DNA of 64,000 nt from Camelus dromedarius (taxonomy: Eukaryota), in the NCBI RefSeq assembly GCF_036321535.1, contig NC_087453.1, forward strand, positions 868,001 through 932,000, in the 5' to 3' direction. The position numbers were made by a program, and so were the translations under genes. Below the pieces are notes generated by a model. It was not told where the DNA came from. It was given only the letters and a program-made list of their open reading frames with translations, and did no database searches. Below are positions 35,801 to 50,630 of this stretch, in pieces (position 1 is the first letter of the stretch; the number at the start of each line of letters is the position of its first letter).

Positions 35801-38030
35801 AGGGTGACCAGTGTGCGGGCCGGACCGTGCCCCAGCACACCTGCCCTCCCTTGGGTGCGCCTTGCCAGCGCCCCTGAGGGCCTGGCTCTGTTTGCTCTCT
35901 GGGTGGGGAGTCCACTGAGAAGTAGGGGGAGGCCAGCTGAGGCTGACCCGCTCTGGAAGGTTGGCCGGGTACCGGACACAGCGTGGCCCCCCCGCCTCCA
36001 TGGGGGCACGGGAGGTCAAGAAAGGCCCACGGCTTACAGGCAACCAGTCCGCTCTGAGCTGAAGGCACTGGCTAAGGGAGCTCCTTGGGATGCTGCGAGG
36101 GGCCAGTTGCTGGCTGCCTCCTCCCTGGGCCCTGGAGGCCCCCGCGGTGCTGTCCCTGAGTTGACAGGCAGTGCCAGCAGGGGGGCAAAGGGACGTCCTC
36201 CACAGCCGCAGGGGACACAGAACAGGCAAGTGTGGCCGGAGGGGGCTGCCCAGGCCCCCAGCTGCTCTGGGACTGATGGGGACGCAGACGCAGGGTCCCG
36301 GACCTGCAGGCGGCTGCTTAGGACACAGAGGTTCCAGCAGGACAGACACCAGAGGCCTGGAGGGCCTCACCCCGCCCGCTTGGCCAGCCCTAAGCCTCTG
36401 CCCGCAGCTATTCTGGATGCTTCCTAAGAACCTTCTGGAAACTCCTGCTTCCTGAAAATGGTCCTTGTGCATGAGAAGCATCCACGGCTGGGCAAACTCG
36501 TGGTCACATGGCCCCTCGATTCAGAAAAGGGAACTGAGCCTGCACGGAAGGCGGATGGCAACAGCCAGAGAGAACACGCAGGCCCACAGCTGCTGGCAGC
36601 CGAACCTCCGGGGTCGTCCACACGGAGGCCGCGGGGTCGGCGGCCACACACGGCATCCCTCCTTATGGTCCTCAAGACCACCAGCCACTCGGGGGCTAGA
36701 CAACCTCTTCCCACGGAGCCCCACGCCACCCAGGGCCCTGCAGGCCCCCCCATGACCCGGCCGCCTCGCCCGCAGGTGCTCCTCTCGAAACTGGGTGTGG
36801 AAGGGAGTTCAGGGAAAGCCAGGTGGACCCACTGAAGCACAGCCTGAGAGGGAAGTTTGCAGAGACTCCCAGAGGCCACAACCCTCCGCCCAGCAGGCTG
36901 CAAAGCCGGCCTGCCACCTGGGCCTCGCCTTTAGAGCCGGCAGGGTGTGGAGGGAGGCAGAGAGTGGGCAGCCGCGGGCGCTCCCTGGTCCGGGCACACC
37001 CAGCGTGTGGGGACGCCGGCTGTGACGCGGGCTCTGGGGCTCTGGGGCTCTCCTCCTTGCCCACCCCGCCGGAGTTTCTGTGGTGCAGGGCAGCCTCTTT
37101 CCGCCTTCCCTTCTAGCTCTGCCTTCATCTCGGACCCAGACTCAGGGCCTGTCCCTTGTGCTGGAGGCAGGGCAGGCCCTGAGAGCAGGCTCCCCGGGGA
37201 CTCGGAGCTGGAGGTGGACTAGCCCTGGAATCACAGGGCCTGACTTTGGGCCTTGGGTCCGGCTGGCTTGGCAGGGCCCTCAGCCCACAGAACCCAAGGG
37301 AGCGCAGAGGCCCGGGGGGTCTGGGGGCTCGACTGGTCCCATTCCTGAGCAGAGCCACTGTCCCAGGCCCTTCTGGAGGCACAGCAGATGGTGGGAAAAC
37401 AACCCGAGACAGCACGGTGACCTCCCTGGGCTGTTCCTCCCCCATCACTGAGCCCCTTCCTTGGGGACCTGGTTCCCATCACACAGCTGGCACGCAGTGC
37501 CAGGGCTCAGCCATCTGCTGCAGGTTCGTGTGTGCCCCCCAACCAGCCTAAGGTCTGCCTGTCCCGCTACAGGTGGCCCTCAGGTGGGTGGTCACAGGTG
37601 GGGACTCAGGCCTGCAAGTGTGTGTTCCCACCCAGCAGGGTCACTTCCAGCCCAGGAGGCCATGCCTGTGAGCAGTCCCTCCTTGCTGCCCGGGAAGAGG
37701 CCCCACCAGGCGGGTCTCCCAGGACGCAGCTCCACCTCACCACCCCCAGGACCCCGGCCCGCCCGCCCAGAGACAGCGCAGGGGGCCCTGGGACTGGATG
37801 GAAGGGAGGAGGGTCCCAGATCTCTACGCCAGCCAGTGGGCGGGCAGAGGCTGCCCGCAGAGGTGAGTGCACCCAGCGAAGTAAAGGTGGCGGGGCAGGC
37901 GGCAGGGAGCTGTCTCCGCCACAGGACGCATCGCTCCCTCCCGACTGTGCTCCCGTCCCGCGCGGCCCCACCTGGACCACTGGACATCCTCGGCCGCGTC
38001 CCTGCGGGTCTCGTCCGGGGGCGGCTGCAT
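23684..38030 (-). CDS. SLC17A9: SLC17A9 / VNUT, full spliced CDS span (13 exons, 1311 nt, 436 aa)
   Basis: Coding exon lengths 59+198+140+100+131+97+97+88+35+116+56+30+164 = 1311 nt. All introns are GT-AG and the frame is continuous from MQPPPDETRR to VDLSPTHEDL*. The MFS/SLC17 sequence matches human VNUT as recalled. Confidence 0.97.
24322..24351 (-). CDS. SLC17A9: SLC17A9 exon 12 (G)VANTAGALA(G)
   Basis: 30-nt exon; acceptor ctgttcacag|GT; donor G|GTGAGA. Confidence 0.95.
24510..24565 (-). CDS. SLC17A9: SLC17A9 exon 11 (S)GISVNIQDLAPSCAGFLF
   Basis: Acceptor tttcccacag|T; donor G|GTGAGG; NIQDLAP motif. Confidence 0.96.
25172..25287 (-). CDS. SLC17A9: SLC17A9 exon 10 VMGLGLSGVFVLCLGHTSSFCTSVVFASASIGLQTFNH
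   Basis: Acceptor tttcctgcag|GTG; donor AG|GTGAGG. Confidence 0.97.
25669..25703 (-). CDS. SLC17A9: SLC17A9 exon 9 (G)YRTITVRKFMQ
   Basis: 35-nt exon; acceptor ctgttcag|GT; donor CAG|GTAGG. Confidence 0.95.
26414..26501 (-). CDS. SLC17A9: SLC17A9 exon 8 GWVFNVVPWLVAIPAGLFSGLLSDRLISQ
   Basis: Acceptor ttcctgcag|GGC; donor G|GTGAG. Confidence 0.97.
27038..27134 (-). CDS. SLC17A9: SLC17A9 exon 7 AAIISQLSAACSFFILLSWLPTFFKETFPNSK
   Basis: Acceptor ccccag|G; donor AAG|GTGGGT; WLPTFF motif. Confidence 0.97.
27319..27415 (-). CDS. SLC17A9: SLC17A9 exon 6 (D)LLLALGVLAQGLRVTRHTKVPWRRLFWKSSV(W)
   Basis: Acceptor cccttcag|AT; donor TG|GTGAGC; VPWRRLF motif. Confidence 0.96.
27947..28077 (-). CDS. SLC17A9: SLC17A9 exon 5 TLLTGAAGSLLLDWCGWQSVFYFSGGLTLLWVCYVYRCLLSEK
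   Basis: Acceptor ggaacag|G; donor G|GTACGT; SLC17 motif GWQSVFYFSG. Confidence 0.96.
29343..29442 (-). CDS. SLC17A9: SLC17A9 exon 4 VYFPALTSLLSQKVRESERAFTYSTVGAGSQF
   Basis: Acceptor ctccag|GG; donor GG|GTGAGT. Confidence 0.97.
31343..31482 (-). CDS. SLC17A9: SLC17A9 exon 3 IGGEKVILLSASAWGCITAATPLLAQLGSAHLAFMTFSRILTGLLQ
   Basis: Acceptor tttcctgcag|G; donor G|GTAGG. Confidence 0.97.
31912..32109 (-). CDS. SLC17A9: SLC17A9 exon 2 PECQLWTGTLLLGTCLLYCARVSMPICAVSMSQDFGWNKKEAGLVLSSFFWGYCLTQVVGGHLGD
   Basis: Acceptor ctcctgcag|G; donor CG|GTAAC; MFS signature SSFFWGYCLTQVVGGHLGDR. Confidence 0.97.
32875..32968 (-). mobile_element. Older copy of the same tRNA-Ala-derived SINE in SLC17A9 intron 1
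   Basis: Reverse complement reads gagggcacagctcggtgggagtgcacgtgccgagcatgtgcgaggccctggcttcaaggcccagcacctccac plus an A-rich tail. Confidence 0.75.
34050..34130. mobile_element. MIR fragment
   Basis: gaatcacctggcctccccgagcttcagtttcctcagtgaagaaagg, a MIR core; similar cores lie near 10350, 38450 and 58690. Confidence 0.5.
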
Positions 38031-38350
38031 TGGGCACCGACAGCCGCAGGGGCAGTGTGTCCGGAGTCCGCTCCCGCCCGGCCGACCCACCGGGCAGCGC
38101 CGCCCAAGTCCACGTGTCAGTCCCAGTGGCGCTTCCGTCCGGCGCGCGCCCAGGATGTGTCGCCCCCGGACGGCCACCGCGGCGGCCGGCGGGCGGGCGG
38201 GTGGGCGGGGCGAGCAACTCGGGTCCCCGCCCTTCTAACCTCCTTCGGGGAGGCCGGGCCTGACGCGCCTGGGGGCAGGGCAGGTCAGACCCTCACGCCT
38301 GGGGCCGCCTCCGCTGCTCCAAGGACGTGCCCAGTGCAGACATCCGGAAA
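37850..38350 (-). promoter_or_regulatory. SLC17A9: SLC17A9 CpG-island promoter and 5'UTR
   Basis: CpG-dense. GC-box cluster at ~38180-38210, ETS-like cttccg at ~38132, E-box CACGTG at 38111-38116. Confidence 0.8.
37972..38030 (-). CDS. SLC17A9: SLC17A9 exon 1 (coding part) MQPPPDETRRDAAEDVQWS(R)
   Basis: ATG at 38030 inside a CpG island; donor AG|GTGGGG. Confidence 0.95.
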
Positions 38351-41300
38351 CCGCATGGGTCTTCCCCTGCAGCCCGCAGGCAAGGTGGGAGATCCGAGCC
38401 CTGGGTGTGCAGGGGGCCTGCAGGGGGAAGGGGCCTGCGTGTCCCTGTCCACAAATTGGGGGATGATGGCAGTCCTCACCTCACGGGGCTATGTGCTCCC
38501 CACATGAGTCAGAGGCAGTCTCGCGGGGTGCAGGGGCAGCGAGACTCAAGGGCAACCCCTTTCTAAAACAGATCTTTGAAGGTGGGCTCCAGCCCTGGAG
38601 CTGGGACCAGCCTGGGAAAGCTGAAGGTGCCTGAGGGACCTTCACTCTCTGGGGCTCCACGTGACCTTGAAGCCTCGGCAGCCGTGTCCACCTCAGGGCC
38701 TTCCCAGGGTTCCACGGGCCGAGTTCCATGCTTGCTTGTCAAGTCGCCATTCTGCCATCCACATGGACGTCCAATGGGACAGGAGGATGGTGGTAGAGAC
38801 GTTTATCCCCCCCAAACAGACCCCAACTAAGAAAAGCTTGAGAATTGTTGCTCAACTCAGCGCTGCCACCTGTATCCCATTCTCTTCCCAGCAGTTCACT
38901 CTCACTCGCTGCACGAGGCTCTTTGATGATTTTTTATGAAGACCTAGAACCACACTTTAGTGGAAATCTGTCAGTTGACCACCCGAAGTCCCGCTCCTCC
39001 TGGAGCTGATGTTCTGGGGCACATGAACAAAACAAAAAGGAGACTAAGGGGCAGGGAAGGGTGGTTTCTGCAACAGGATGGGCTGGGCCGTGTTCCTGAA
39101 AAGATGTGTGAGTCAAGTCTGAGCGCAGGGAGGGAGCAGGCCACACAGGTGGGGGCAGGAGGGCTAACAGCTCAGGTGCGCGGCTGGAGGTCTGCTCCAG
39201 ACCACAGGCCCAGTGGGGCTGTGGGGAGGTGGGAAACAGGACAAAGCAGCAGGGCAGGGGAGGCCCCACAGGCCACAGAGCAGGCAGAGGCCAGCCAGGG
39301 CTCTGAGGTGGAAGCGTGCAGAGGGTCACAGGGTCACCCTGGCGCTGAGTGGACAGTGCAGGGTGGCCAGGGCAGAGGCAGGGAGGACAAGGCCCCTGAA
39401 ACACTCTGGGCTCAAGGTGACGGGCACTCCCTCCAGGTAGAAGTGGGGCAGAGAAGTGCCCAGAGCACGGGCTGTGTGAGGAGACCGATGGGAGGGCGAG
39501 CATCTGCCACCATCCCGAGACACTGAGCTGGGCAGGCCTCCAGTCCTCACGAAGGTGGAAGGTGAGGGTGGCAGCCAGAGCAGCCGGACCGTGTGACACA
39601 TCCCGAGCCCCCACCTCACGCCCAACCAACCAGCTGCCCTTGAGGTTCGAGGGAAAACAACGGGGCGGTGGACAGAGCACCACTTTTAAGAGGCAGAGGG
39701 CGATGCTGGTGACAGCTGCCAGCCTCGCCCACTGCCTTCAAGGCCTTGGTTCCGCCCTATCCGGCCTGTCCACCACCATCTGTTCCACTTCTGGGGGGGA
39801 GACCTGCCGGGATGGCTTTTTAAAGCTAATTCTGGCCTTCCTGCCACGTCATGACCCCACAGTCCGCAGCCGCCAGAGCCACCCCCCACTGTGCAGCGCA
39901 GACCGGCCGGATCACAGCTGTGTCCTCCGGCACCCACGCCACCTCTGGACTCTGTGCAGCCCCTAAAGCTGGAGACTCTGCGAGCAGGACGGCCCACCAC
40001 AGCTCCCCGCTGCTGCTGGCAGGCCGGGAGCGGTCTCAGCCCCAGCAACAGCGCACGCCGCGGCCAGGGAGAGGTGGGCTCATACTTCAAGTGGCAGAGG
40101 ACGAGGACAAGGACACAGGGAACCAGAAGAAGGAAGCTGTGACGCCGAGTGGAGTGAGCACAGTGCGGGGCTACACGTGGAACCCTCAGGGCCCTGAACG
40201 GCTCCTTCTCAAAGTGCTGGTGAGCTCAGCGTCTGAACCCCACGAATGTCGCTGCTCACCCTTTCTGCTCTATACCAAGAATACAACCAGACACCCAGAG
40301 ACTAAGGACTCGCCAGTCCCACGAGGCCGGCCTCTCCCCCGGGCAGCAAGGTCAGCGGTCTTCCATGCGGCCGGCCAACGCCCCAGCCCGGGTGTGGGGC
40401 CCTCGGTGATGGCCAGGCTTGCACACGTTCCAGCGGCAGCTGATGAGGTCTCCGTGGCCGGAAGAGCTCGGTTTGGAGGAGAGAAAACCTCGCGGCACAA
40501 GCCTGCTGCCGAGCCTGCAGAGCGGGAAGCTCCAGCCGGGGGAGGCCGTGTCCGTCTCTCCTCTCCGGTGGCTCGGCTCCCGCAGGGCAGCGCCCCGCCC
40601 CGGGCCCAGGCAGCCGGGCGCAGTCTGGGCACGGTGGCATCCTTGCCCAACATCTTCCTCCCCGGGCTCCAAGCATGCGTCGGGGTCTCACAGGCGCTGC
40701 GCCGAGCCTGCTGCTGTGTGCACGGCCGGCAGGGCGGGCCGTGCAGCGGGAACGCCGGCCACTCGGAGGTGCGCGTGGACAAAGCCCCTCAGGCCCGCTC
40801 TCAGCTCTCTGCTAACTCTTGGTGAGGGCTGGGTATGAAGGGGCCGGACACACCTTCCTCGGTGCCACGCCGGACAGGACCCAGACGCCCGGCCTTCTAG
40901 CTAGGAGACTAAACTGCAGATAAGCCCAAGCCCCACATTCCTATTTGGCTCCACAGCCCCCGCCACGAGGAAACCTCCGCACTGACAACCGACCCACCCA
41001 GCCCCCAGCAGCACCCGGCGGAGGCGGGCAGCTCAGGAGGCCCTGCTGCCGCAGCACCGGGGACACAGAGGCGCCGGCACAGCAAGGGATGCCAAGGGTC
41101 CAGGCCAGCCCCACAGCCCTCTCAGGGGGAAGGCACAACCTCCCGGACAGGCAGGCCCCACGTGCCGGACACCTCAGTGAAGCCAAGCACTCCTGCACGG
41201 TCCCACCGCCCCATTCAGCTCAGGGACGTCACCAAGGTCCCCTTGCCAGCCAGCACGGAGAGAGGAGAGTGGCGGGACAGCGAAGGAGGGGCCACCTTCT

Positions 41301-41774
41301 GTTTCCCACACCAGCGGCACCCACACTCCTTCCTGCGCTCTCCCGGCGTGAGGCACCCTCATTTCTGTCCCCCCATCCTCTCAGCCTCTGCCCAGGGCCT
41401 GCACCCCCTTCCACAGTGAAGGTGCTCACAGCCCTGAGAGCTCAAGAACCCCGTCCCCAGCTGGACCCGCACGAGCACCATGGTGGGAGTCCAGGGGTTC
41501 CTCAGAGTAGCAGCTCCTCGACTCTGAAGATTGGGAGATTTTCATAAGTGAAAAACAATTAGGATATTCCAACCCAGCTTACAGCCGTGGGCGGGCAGCC
41601 CAACTCGCTCTGTTTCCTTCCCAAGCATGACACCTGCGTGCGCACCTCCCAAGGGCAGAGGGCGATTTCAGAGGGGGGCGGGGCAACAGCAAAGCACAGA
41701 GGTACCTGAGCAGGGCTCCCGCCTGCTCGCCCGCTTCTGACAGGAATGTGCTAGCACGGTACTGAATTTTGTTC

Positions 41775-41780
41775 TTTAAT
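41775..41780 (-). terminator. GID8: GID8 distal poly(A) signal ATTAAA (3'UTR ~3.2 kb)
   Basis: ATTAAA at the end of a U-rich block. The distance agrees with the long human 3'UTR as recalled. A further AATAAA lies at 42693-42698. Confidence 0.55.
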
Positions 41781-44312
41781 TAGAGTGACTTTTTGGGAAG
41801 GAAAAAAAGAGCGTTCAGATGACCACTCCAAGAAAAATATGAAAACCTTTACCAGGAAATCAAGAACAGGCAGCGAAAGCAACCTGTTCTGCAACCCCAG
41901 ACGACGCGGGGCTGCAGCTCGCCCCTCGGGAGCCGAGTGGAAGGACAGGCCACAGGCGCTGGCGCTCCGGAGGGGCAGCGCTCACACCCGGCCCCACGCG
42001 GCCGGCGCTCACCAGGCAGCTGCCCATAAACCCAAAGCAGCAACACATGCCTCTGGAACAAAAGCACCCCCGCAGCAGGAAACAGCGCCCACGGCATCTG
42101 AGTGAAGGCGCCAGAGAGCCCTGCTCCAGGCCCCGACGACACGCACCTGGCCCACGGCTGCAGCCCTGACGGGGCGTCCCGCGGCCACAGCTCAGCGTCT
42201 TGGGTCGGCGGGACAGCAGACACCCTGCGTTCACCGGGGCTTCTGATCTGGTCTTTTGCTCAGACTGAGGCTTGGCAACAGCAACCCGGAAGGGAGGCCC
42301 TCCATCATCTGAGGACGGACAGCACGGTCTCTGACATAAAAGGTACACGGTTCTCTCTGAGCCCCCGGCTCTGCCTCTCCCCCAGACTAACAGCAAAGGC
42401 AGCAGGAAAACACAGACATCGCACAGCTTCAGAAGAGCCGCCCTCCACACGTCTGTCTTCAGAGCGCGCCTGGGCCGCAGCAGCACCAGCCCTGCGTACC
42501 TGGGTGCACGGGGTCCGGGTCACGCCAACACCAGTCCCAGCAGACAGCTGCCTCTTCTAGAACCTGGAAACCTTCGCAAGACACATTAGTCTGCAATAAT
42601 CCCTGTGCTTCAGAAGATTCCAAACTAGGGGTGCAATTTCTTCATATGGCTTTGTGGTATCAGGAACACAGAGAACCAGAACATTCTCACATTTTATTTC
42701 AAGACACTTTTCACAAGAAAGCACAAAAAGAAGAAACAACTATCCCTGCAAAACACTGCATCGTAACAGACAAAAACGAGACGACACAGAAAAACCAACA
42801 CACTTAACGGGCACTACCTCCTAACAGCCACTGCAGCTCGCCTGCTGGAAACACGGCTGCAACAAGGAGGAGCAGCGAAGTCCGCAAAGCCTCCTCCGGA
42901 GGCTTCCAGCCCTGGGGGGACGAAGGTAAAGAACCTGAGAGGACCTCTGAATCCTCCGCGTCGCACCGTCACCCAGCCCCCACGGGCTCGCAGCGCTGGC
43001 TCGTCTAAGCCACTCACCGGTTGAGCTGGTGAATAGAGCACCGACACTTCCACCAGTGCGCGGCAACGCTCCACGCCCGTGACGCACCGCGCGCAGCCGC
43101 CCAACTTTACGGGCGCACCCGCGCTCGGGACCCCCGTTCCTCTCACCCCGTCTCATGCTAATCACGCGCGTAAGCGACCTGACGGGGCCTGACAGTGACG
43201 GTGATTAGGAATATGCCGAACTGCCTAGCACTTTTCTAGAAACGCAGCTTTAGCTCTGCTTCCCTAGTGCTTTCCTTCCAGCTTCTGCTGTATTTAACTA
43301 TTAACTACTTGAAGACGAAAACCCCCTTCTGGCTACCTTACTTTTAGCCTCAAACCTCAGGGAAAACGGTTCTCAAGAGAGGTCACGTCTGGGGATGACT
43401 ATGGAGATACACTCGACACTCATGACTTCTGGGGGTAAGGAGAGGGCCCGCACCCTCACAGGGTCAGAAGGGCCGGTCGAGGGCCTGGACGGTCCACAGG
43501 GGCCACAGCGGTTCTACTGTGACTGAATTACAGGAACCACCTGGGGAAGAAAACACGGCCCAAAGCGCTCCCCCCCAGAAAACACTGAGCTCACACTCTG
43601 AGCAGAAGCAGAAAGTGACTGCTGAGTGGAGAGAACAGCTGGTGGCCCAGACACTTAGCGACAAACACTCAAGGTTAGCAGGGGCGCGACCGACAGCCCC
43701 AGTGGCCAGAGGCGGACCCCTGACCTGTCTGTGAACCTGCCCAACCTGGGTCATCTCAGCAAACAGGCTCCTCCCAACCCAGGTGCTAGCGGACTTTCTC
43801 CCCACTGGGCCTGTGCCAGGAATCGGCGAGGGAGAACCGAGTCCCCCACCAGGAGCAGAAGCTCCCACCAGAGGCCGCACAGGAGCCAGCCGGCCCAAGA
43901 AGAGCCCCGCGCTCTGAGACGCTGTCACCCCCCTCCACAGGACTCACCCAGGGGCCAGCAGCTCCCTAAGGACCGACTTCTAGCACCAGCGCCCAGCGGC
44001 ACCTGCAACGAACCCCACACACGAGTCTGCGCTCGCGTCTCACCGACTGCACCGGGCAGGGGACACCTCCAGGACTGGCTGACACCGCCAGAGATGCTGG
44101 AGAGAAGGGCACCTGGGACCAACTGCGTGGGCGCTCCACCCGCCCCCTCGGAGGCCCACGTGCACCACCAGGCAAAGTGGCCTCCAGCCACAGGTACGAG
44201 AGGACATTGCTGCCATCACCGCGGGGATGCCAGCCCCCAAACAAAAGGTGTGTTGGAGGTGATTAAACTTTCTAGAGACCATTTTGGTCATTCTTGAAAT
44301 TAAAGAGAAACC

Positions 44313-44318
44313 TTTATT
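44313..44318 (-). terminator. GID8: GID8 proximal poly(A) signal AATAAA
   Basis: Canonical hexamer ~640 nt after the stop, followed by T-rich sequence. Confidence 0.55.
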
Positions 44319-44955
44319 TTCAACAAAACTGCCTAGAAGAGATGGTTCATTGATCCACTAGGAAAGAATCTCTCACCACATACAGCACCAAAATATGTAT
44401 TTAAAAAATTAAAAACACACAGCCCGCTCCTCACACACACGCATTTCCCCAAAAGCCACGCATCCCAGACCAACAGGGTGAACAGATCAACCCAGTGCCC
44501 TCGCACAAAAGGAGTCTGTGAGTCAGGATTTACAAACTTACAGTCTTTCCTATGAAAAAACAGAAACAAACGAAAAACCAAGCGGGTAAGGAAAAACCTC
44601 TACACGAAGGCCTGACGAGACTTGGGAGAACGAAGAAAGCGCACTGTCTGCCTATGCGCCCCCAGGAAGCAAGACCCCCAGCGGTGCTGCTCCTGCCCCA
44701 GCGGCCGGGCCCTGGGGGCCGGAGAAGCCCTGCAGGAGCCAGGCGCCCCACGCACCCGCGGCGCAGGGCAGGCGCCAGCCTTCCGGGGAGACAGCGTCTT
44801 TCACCACGCGCTTTCCTGCGCTTCCAAGGGCCGGTTTCCCCTTTAGAGACGGTGCTGGGTCAGAGAGGAGTGAGGGGGTAAGAGTTCTCTGCTGCGGGAA
44901 GGTCCTGGGCCCAGACGGCGCCGTCACGAGCCCCGTGCGGGGCTCGCTGCAGACT

Positions 44956-47715
<2,760 letters not shown>

Positions 47716-48169
47716 TTACTTCTACAGGAAAAAGAATTATATTTTAAGAATTGGTGAGGAATGCTATGACAATTGTGATCACTTCAGAAAAAAATACAGC
47801 GACATAGCAGGAAGTAAAAGGGAATGAGTGAGAAGATACTTAAAATGTGGGAACCAGCTAGTGCAAAGGGTCTGAGACTCAAACACAGGTTCAGGGACCA
47901 GAAGGAAGGTGGGGTGTTTAGGAGGCAGGATGAACGCAAGGAAGAGCCACGGGACTCAGAGGCAGGAGGGCAGCTGGGGTCAGATTAAGGCCTTCAGGTG
48001 ACGGAGAAGCTTAGATGTGTTCTCTAAGGACAAAGGACAGCCACGGGGTACAAGCTACAGAATTTCATGCTATAACGTATGTGCTAAAAAAATGCCACAA
48101 TCACACACCCACCAGACTCACAAAATCGTGTGTTAACAGGGACATCGCATTCTCCTGAACTCCCCTACA

Positions 48170-48960
48170 CTGCTGTCAGAAAATACTGCACTGCAAAAGC
48201 ATTTGGCAGCTGCACATGTGTGCTCCTTGCAGCCAGTTCTACTGCTAGATTGAGACCCTCGAAGACTCACCACAGCGTGCTAGACACAGATAAGCCTGCT
48301 CACAGAAACAGCGTTCAAAATGGCAAAGATACGGAGGCGTCCCCACCATGTTCATTCATCAACAGCACGGACAAACGAAATGTGGTTTACAGGACCACAA
48401 TCCCTGGCCCAAAGCCCTTGGGCAGATTGGTTTCATAATTCAGAACTGTTCAGATCGTACAAAGACTATCTGGCATAATTTACCGTGTGTTGTATGACAG
48501 TCTCACTGGAGTCTGGGGCAGCACCCCATAATCAAATATTATTTCTTCAGTGAAATGTATGAGTATTCATACTAAGTGGAATAGAAGCCATTAAACAGGC
48601 TTTGCTAGGTTAGGTTTTGCCAACAAATAGGATAAAAACAAAAACAAAAACTTGGTTTTCAGAGTTATCTGGATTTGAGGGTAGCTAGGAAATGACTGTG
48701 ATCATGTTCACGTCACAGAATTTGCTAAAGTAGTTAAAATAAATGAACACAACCGTATGGATGACTCAGAAACCAGCTGGACGAATAAAGCAAACCACAG
48801 CACAGGCCCAAGTGGGACAGTTTTGTAAAAAACAAAAACCAAGACAAGGTCTATAATATTTGTTTAGCAGTAAACAACATATGTAACAAAACTGTTCTGT
48901 TATTGTTTTAAGTAAGGGCATGAAACAGGAAACTCAGGAGGTGGTTACCATGGAAAAGGG
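48170..48960 (+). mobile_element. Degenerate L1ME-like fragments in GID8 intron 1
   Basis: cagcgttcaaaatggcaaagatacggag...catcaacagcacggacaaacgaaatgtgg and gtatggatgactcagaaac...gaggtggttacc. Confidence 0.45.
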
Positions 48961-49099
48961 GGCCCTGGGAGCATCTGTTGGGCTCTCAAGATGGGTGGTG
49001 AGCCCACCACTGTCCACTTCAGTTTTACCTTCTGTAACTGACAGACATTCTTGATATTAGTTTATACGTAGCAAAGTACATGCTAAAGTGCTTCAATGA

Positions 49100-49620
49100 A
49101 TAAAAGCAATTAAAAGATGGCTCTGGTTTCCCAGTGGACATGGGAAGACCACGGGGTGGTTGGTGACAGCTGAGCAGGAAGACCACCGAAGAGCTGCCCA
49201 GTCCAGAGAGCAGTAGCAGCAGAAGAGCCTGAGGGCACAGTCCCTCAAGGTTCTGTGGACAGAGAGCCAAGGGGCCCTGCTGCTGGACCCAGTGTGGAAG
49301 GTAAAAGAACAAGACTCCAGGACCATGGGAGGTTTCAAGCTTGAGACCTTGGAAGATGGAGCCAGAAGTGAGGAGGAAGGGCTGGGAGTGGAACAGGTTT
49401 GAGGAGCTGGGCAAGTCTGGGCTATTAGACACGCAGCCACAGAAGTCAAGCAGGCACCTGGATTATAGGTCCCCAGATCAGCACTGGAAACATTAATTAG
49501 GGAAATATCCGCCACAAAATGATACTGAAAGCCAAGAGTTTGCCAAAGATGGCAAAGGGAGAGAGTGTGGGCAGGGAAGCAAAGCGGTGCAGGACAAAGT
49601 CCTGGGTACTTGGCGGATGC
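49100..49620 (-). mobile_element. L2 fragment in GID8 intron 1
   Basis: attagacacgcagccacagaagtcaagcaggcacctggattataggtc...aaatgatactgaaagcc...gagagtgtgg. Confidence 0.55.
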
Positions 49621-50447
49621 CAAACTCCGAGATCAGCAGACCGGAGGTGTAGCAGAAAAAAACTGGCGGCAAGACAAAATCGAGGTGTGTCGCTCATACA
49701 AACACCCTCTCTCAGAGCTACGACCAACTGCATAACTCGCTCAGATCAAGCTCTTATTCTGAGGCAACAGGGCGATATTTGAAAGTAACAACTTCGGAGA
49801 ACTGGCCCGTTGTTCTGCGCAAGACGGATTCAGCAGTTAAATACTCAACAGACATAATTAAATGTCCCAATTCTGAAGCCGAGGAACACTTGCTTGCCAA
49901 GCAGCAAGTACGTCCTCACCAGCTCAGTCTGCTCTGAAGCGGTTCTGTATTAAAATAGCTCCCTTCCCAGAGACACCTGTGCCGTGTTTCTGTAACTGTC
50001 ACTGTTCTAGCTGGCGACCACCTCTGAACACTGCAGCCTTCACTCGAAACGTGCTCCCGTTAAGAGCAAACACCGAATTACACAGCCCGGGCACCACCAC
50101 GTTAGGAGTCTACTCCTGCCGGAGGAAAGGGGGCAGTTTGACTTGCAAAACTCGAGGGCGCCGCCTGCACCGAGGACGCGGCCCGACTCTGACACCCACT
50201 TGGACCTTCGACCCCGGAAGGCTCCCAGCGCGGGCCCGGCCGGCCCGGCGCACTCGGCGGCGGCGCGGCGACCCGGCCCGGCCCCATCTCTGGCTCGCCT
50301 CCACCCCCTACCCGCTCCCCCCCGCTCCCCGGTCCCGACTCCTGCCCGGGCCCTCCCCCCGCGGGCCCTCCGTCTCGCCGCCCCCGCCTGCCGCGCTCCC
50401 GCGGGGCCGCTCGGCCCGGCCGCCTGGGCCCGCCGCGGCCATCTTAC

Positions 50448-50630
50448 CGTGCGGACTCCGCCTGCCGCGCTCGGGTCTGGGGTCTCCGCGGCCGCTCTGG
50501 GGGCCGGGCCGGGCGGGGAGGGGGCGGCGGCGCCGGGGAGGGGGAGGCGGCGGCGGGGGCCGCGGCGGAGGCGGGGGCGGGGGCGGGGAACGGGAGGGCA
50601 GACGCACCGGCGGCCGCCCCCTCAGCCACT
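50448..50630 (-). other. GID8: GID8 non-coding exon 1 (5' end approximate)
   Basis: Donor ACG|GTAAGA at 50448/50447 in the CpG island; GC-rich, no ATG on the minus strand. Confidence 0.7.
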
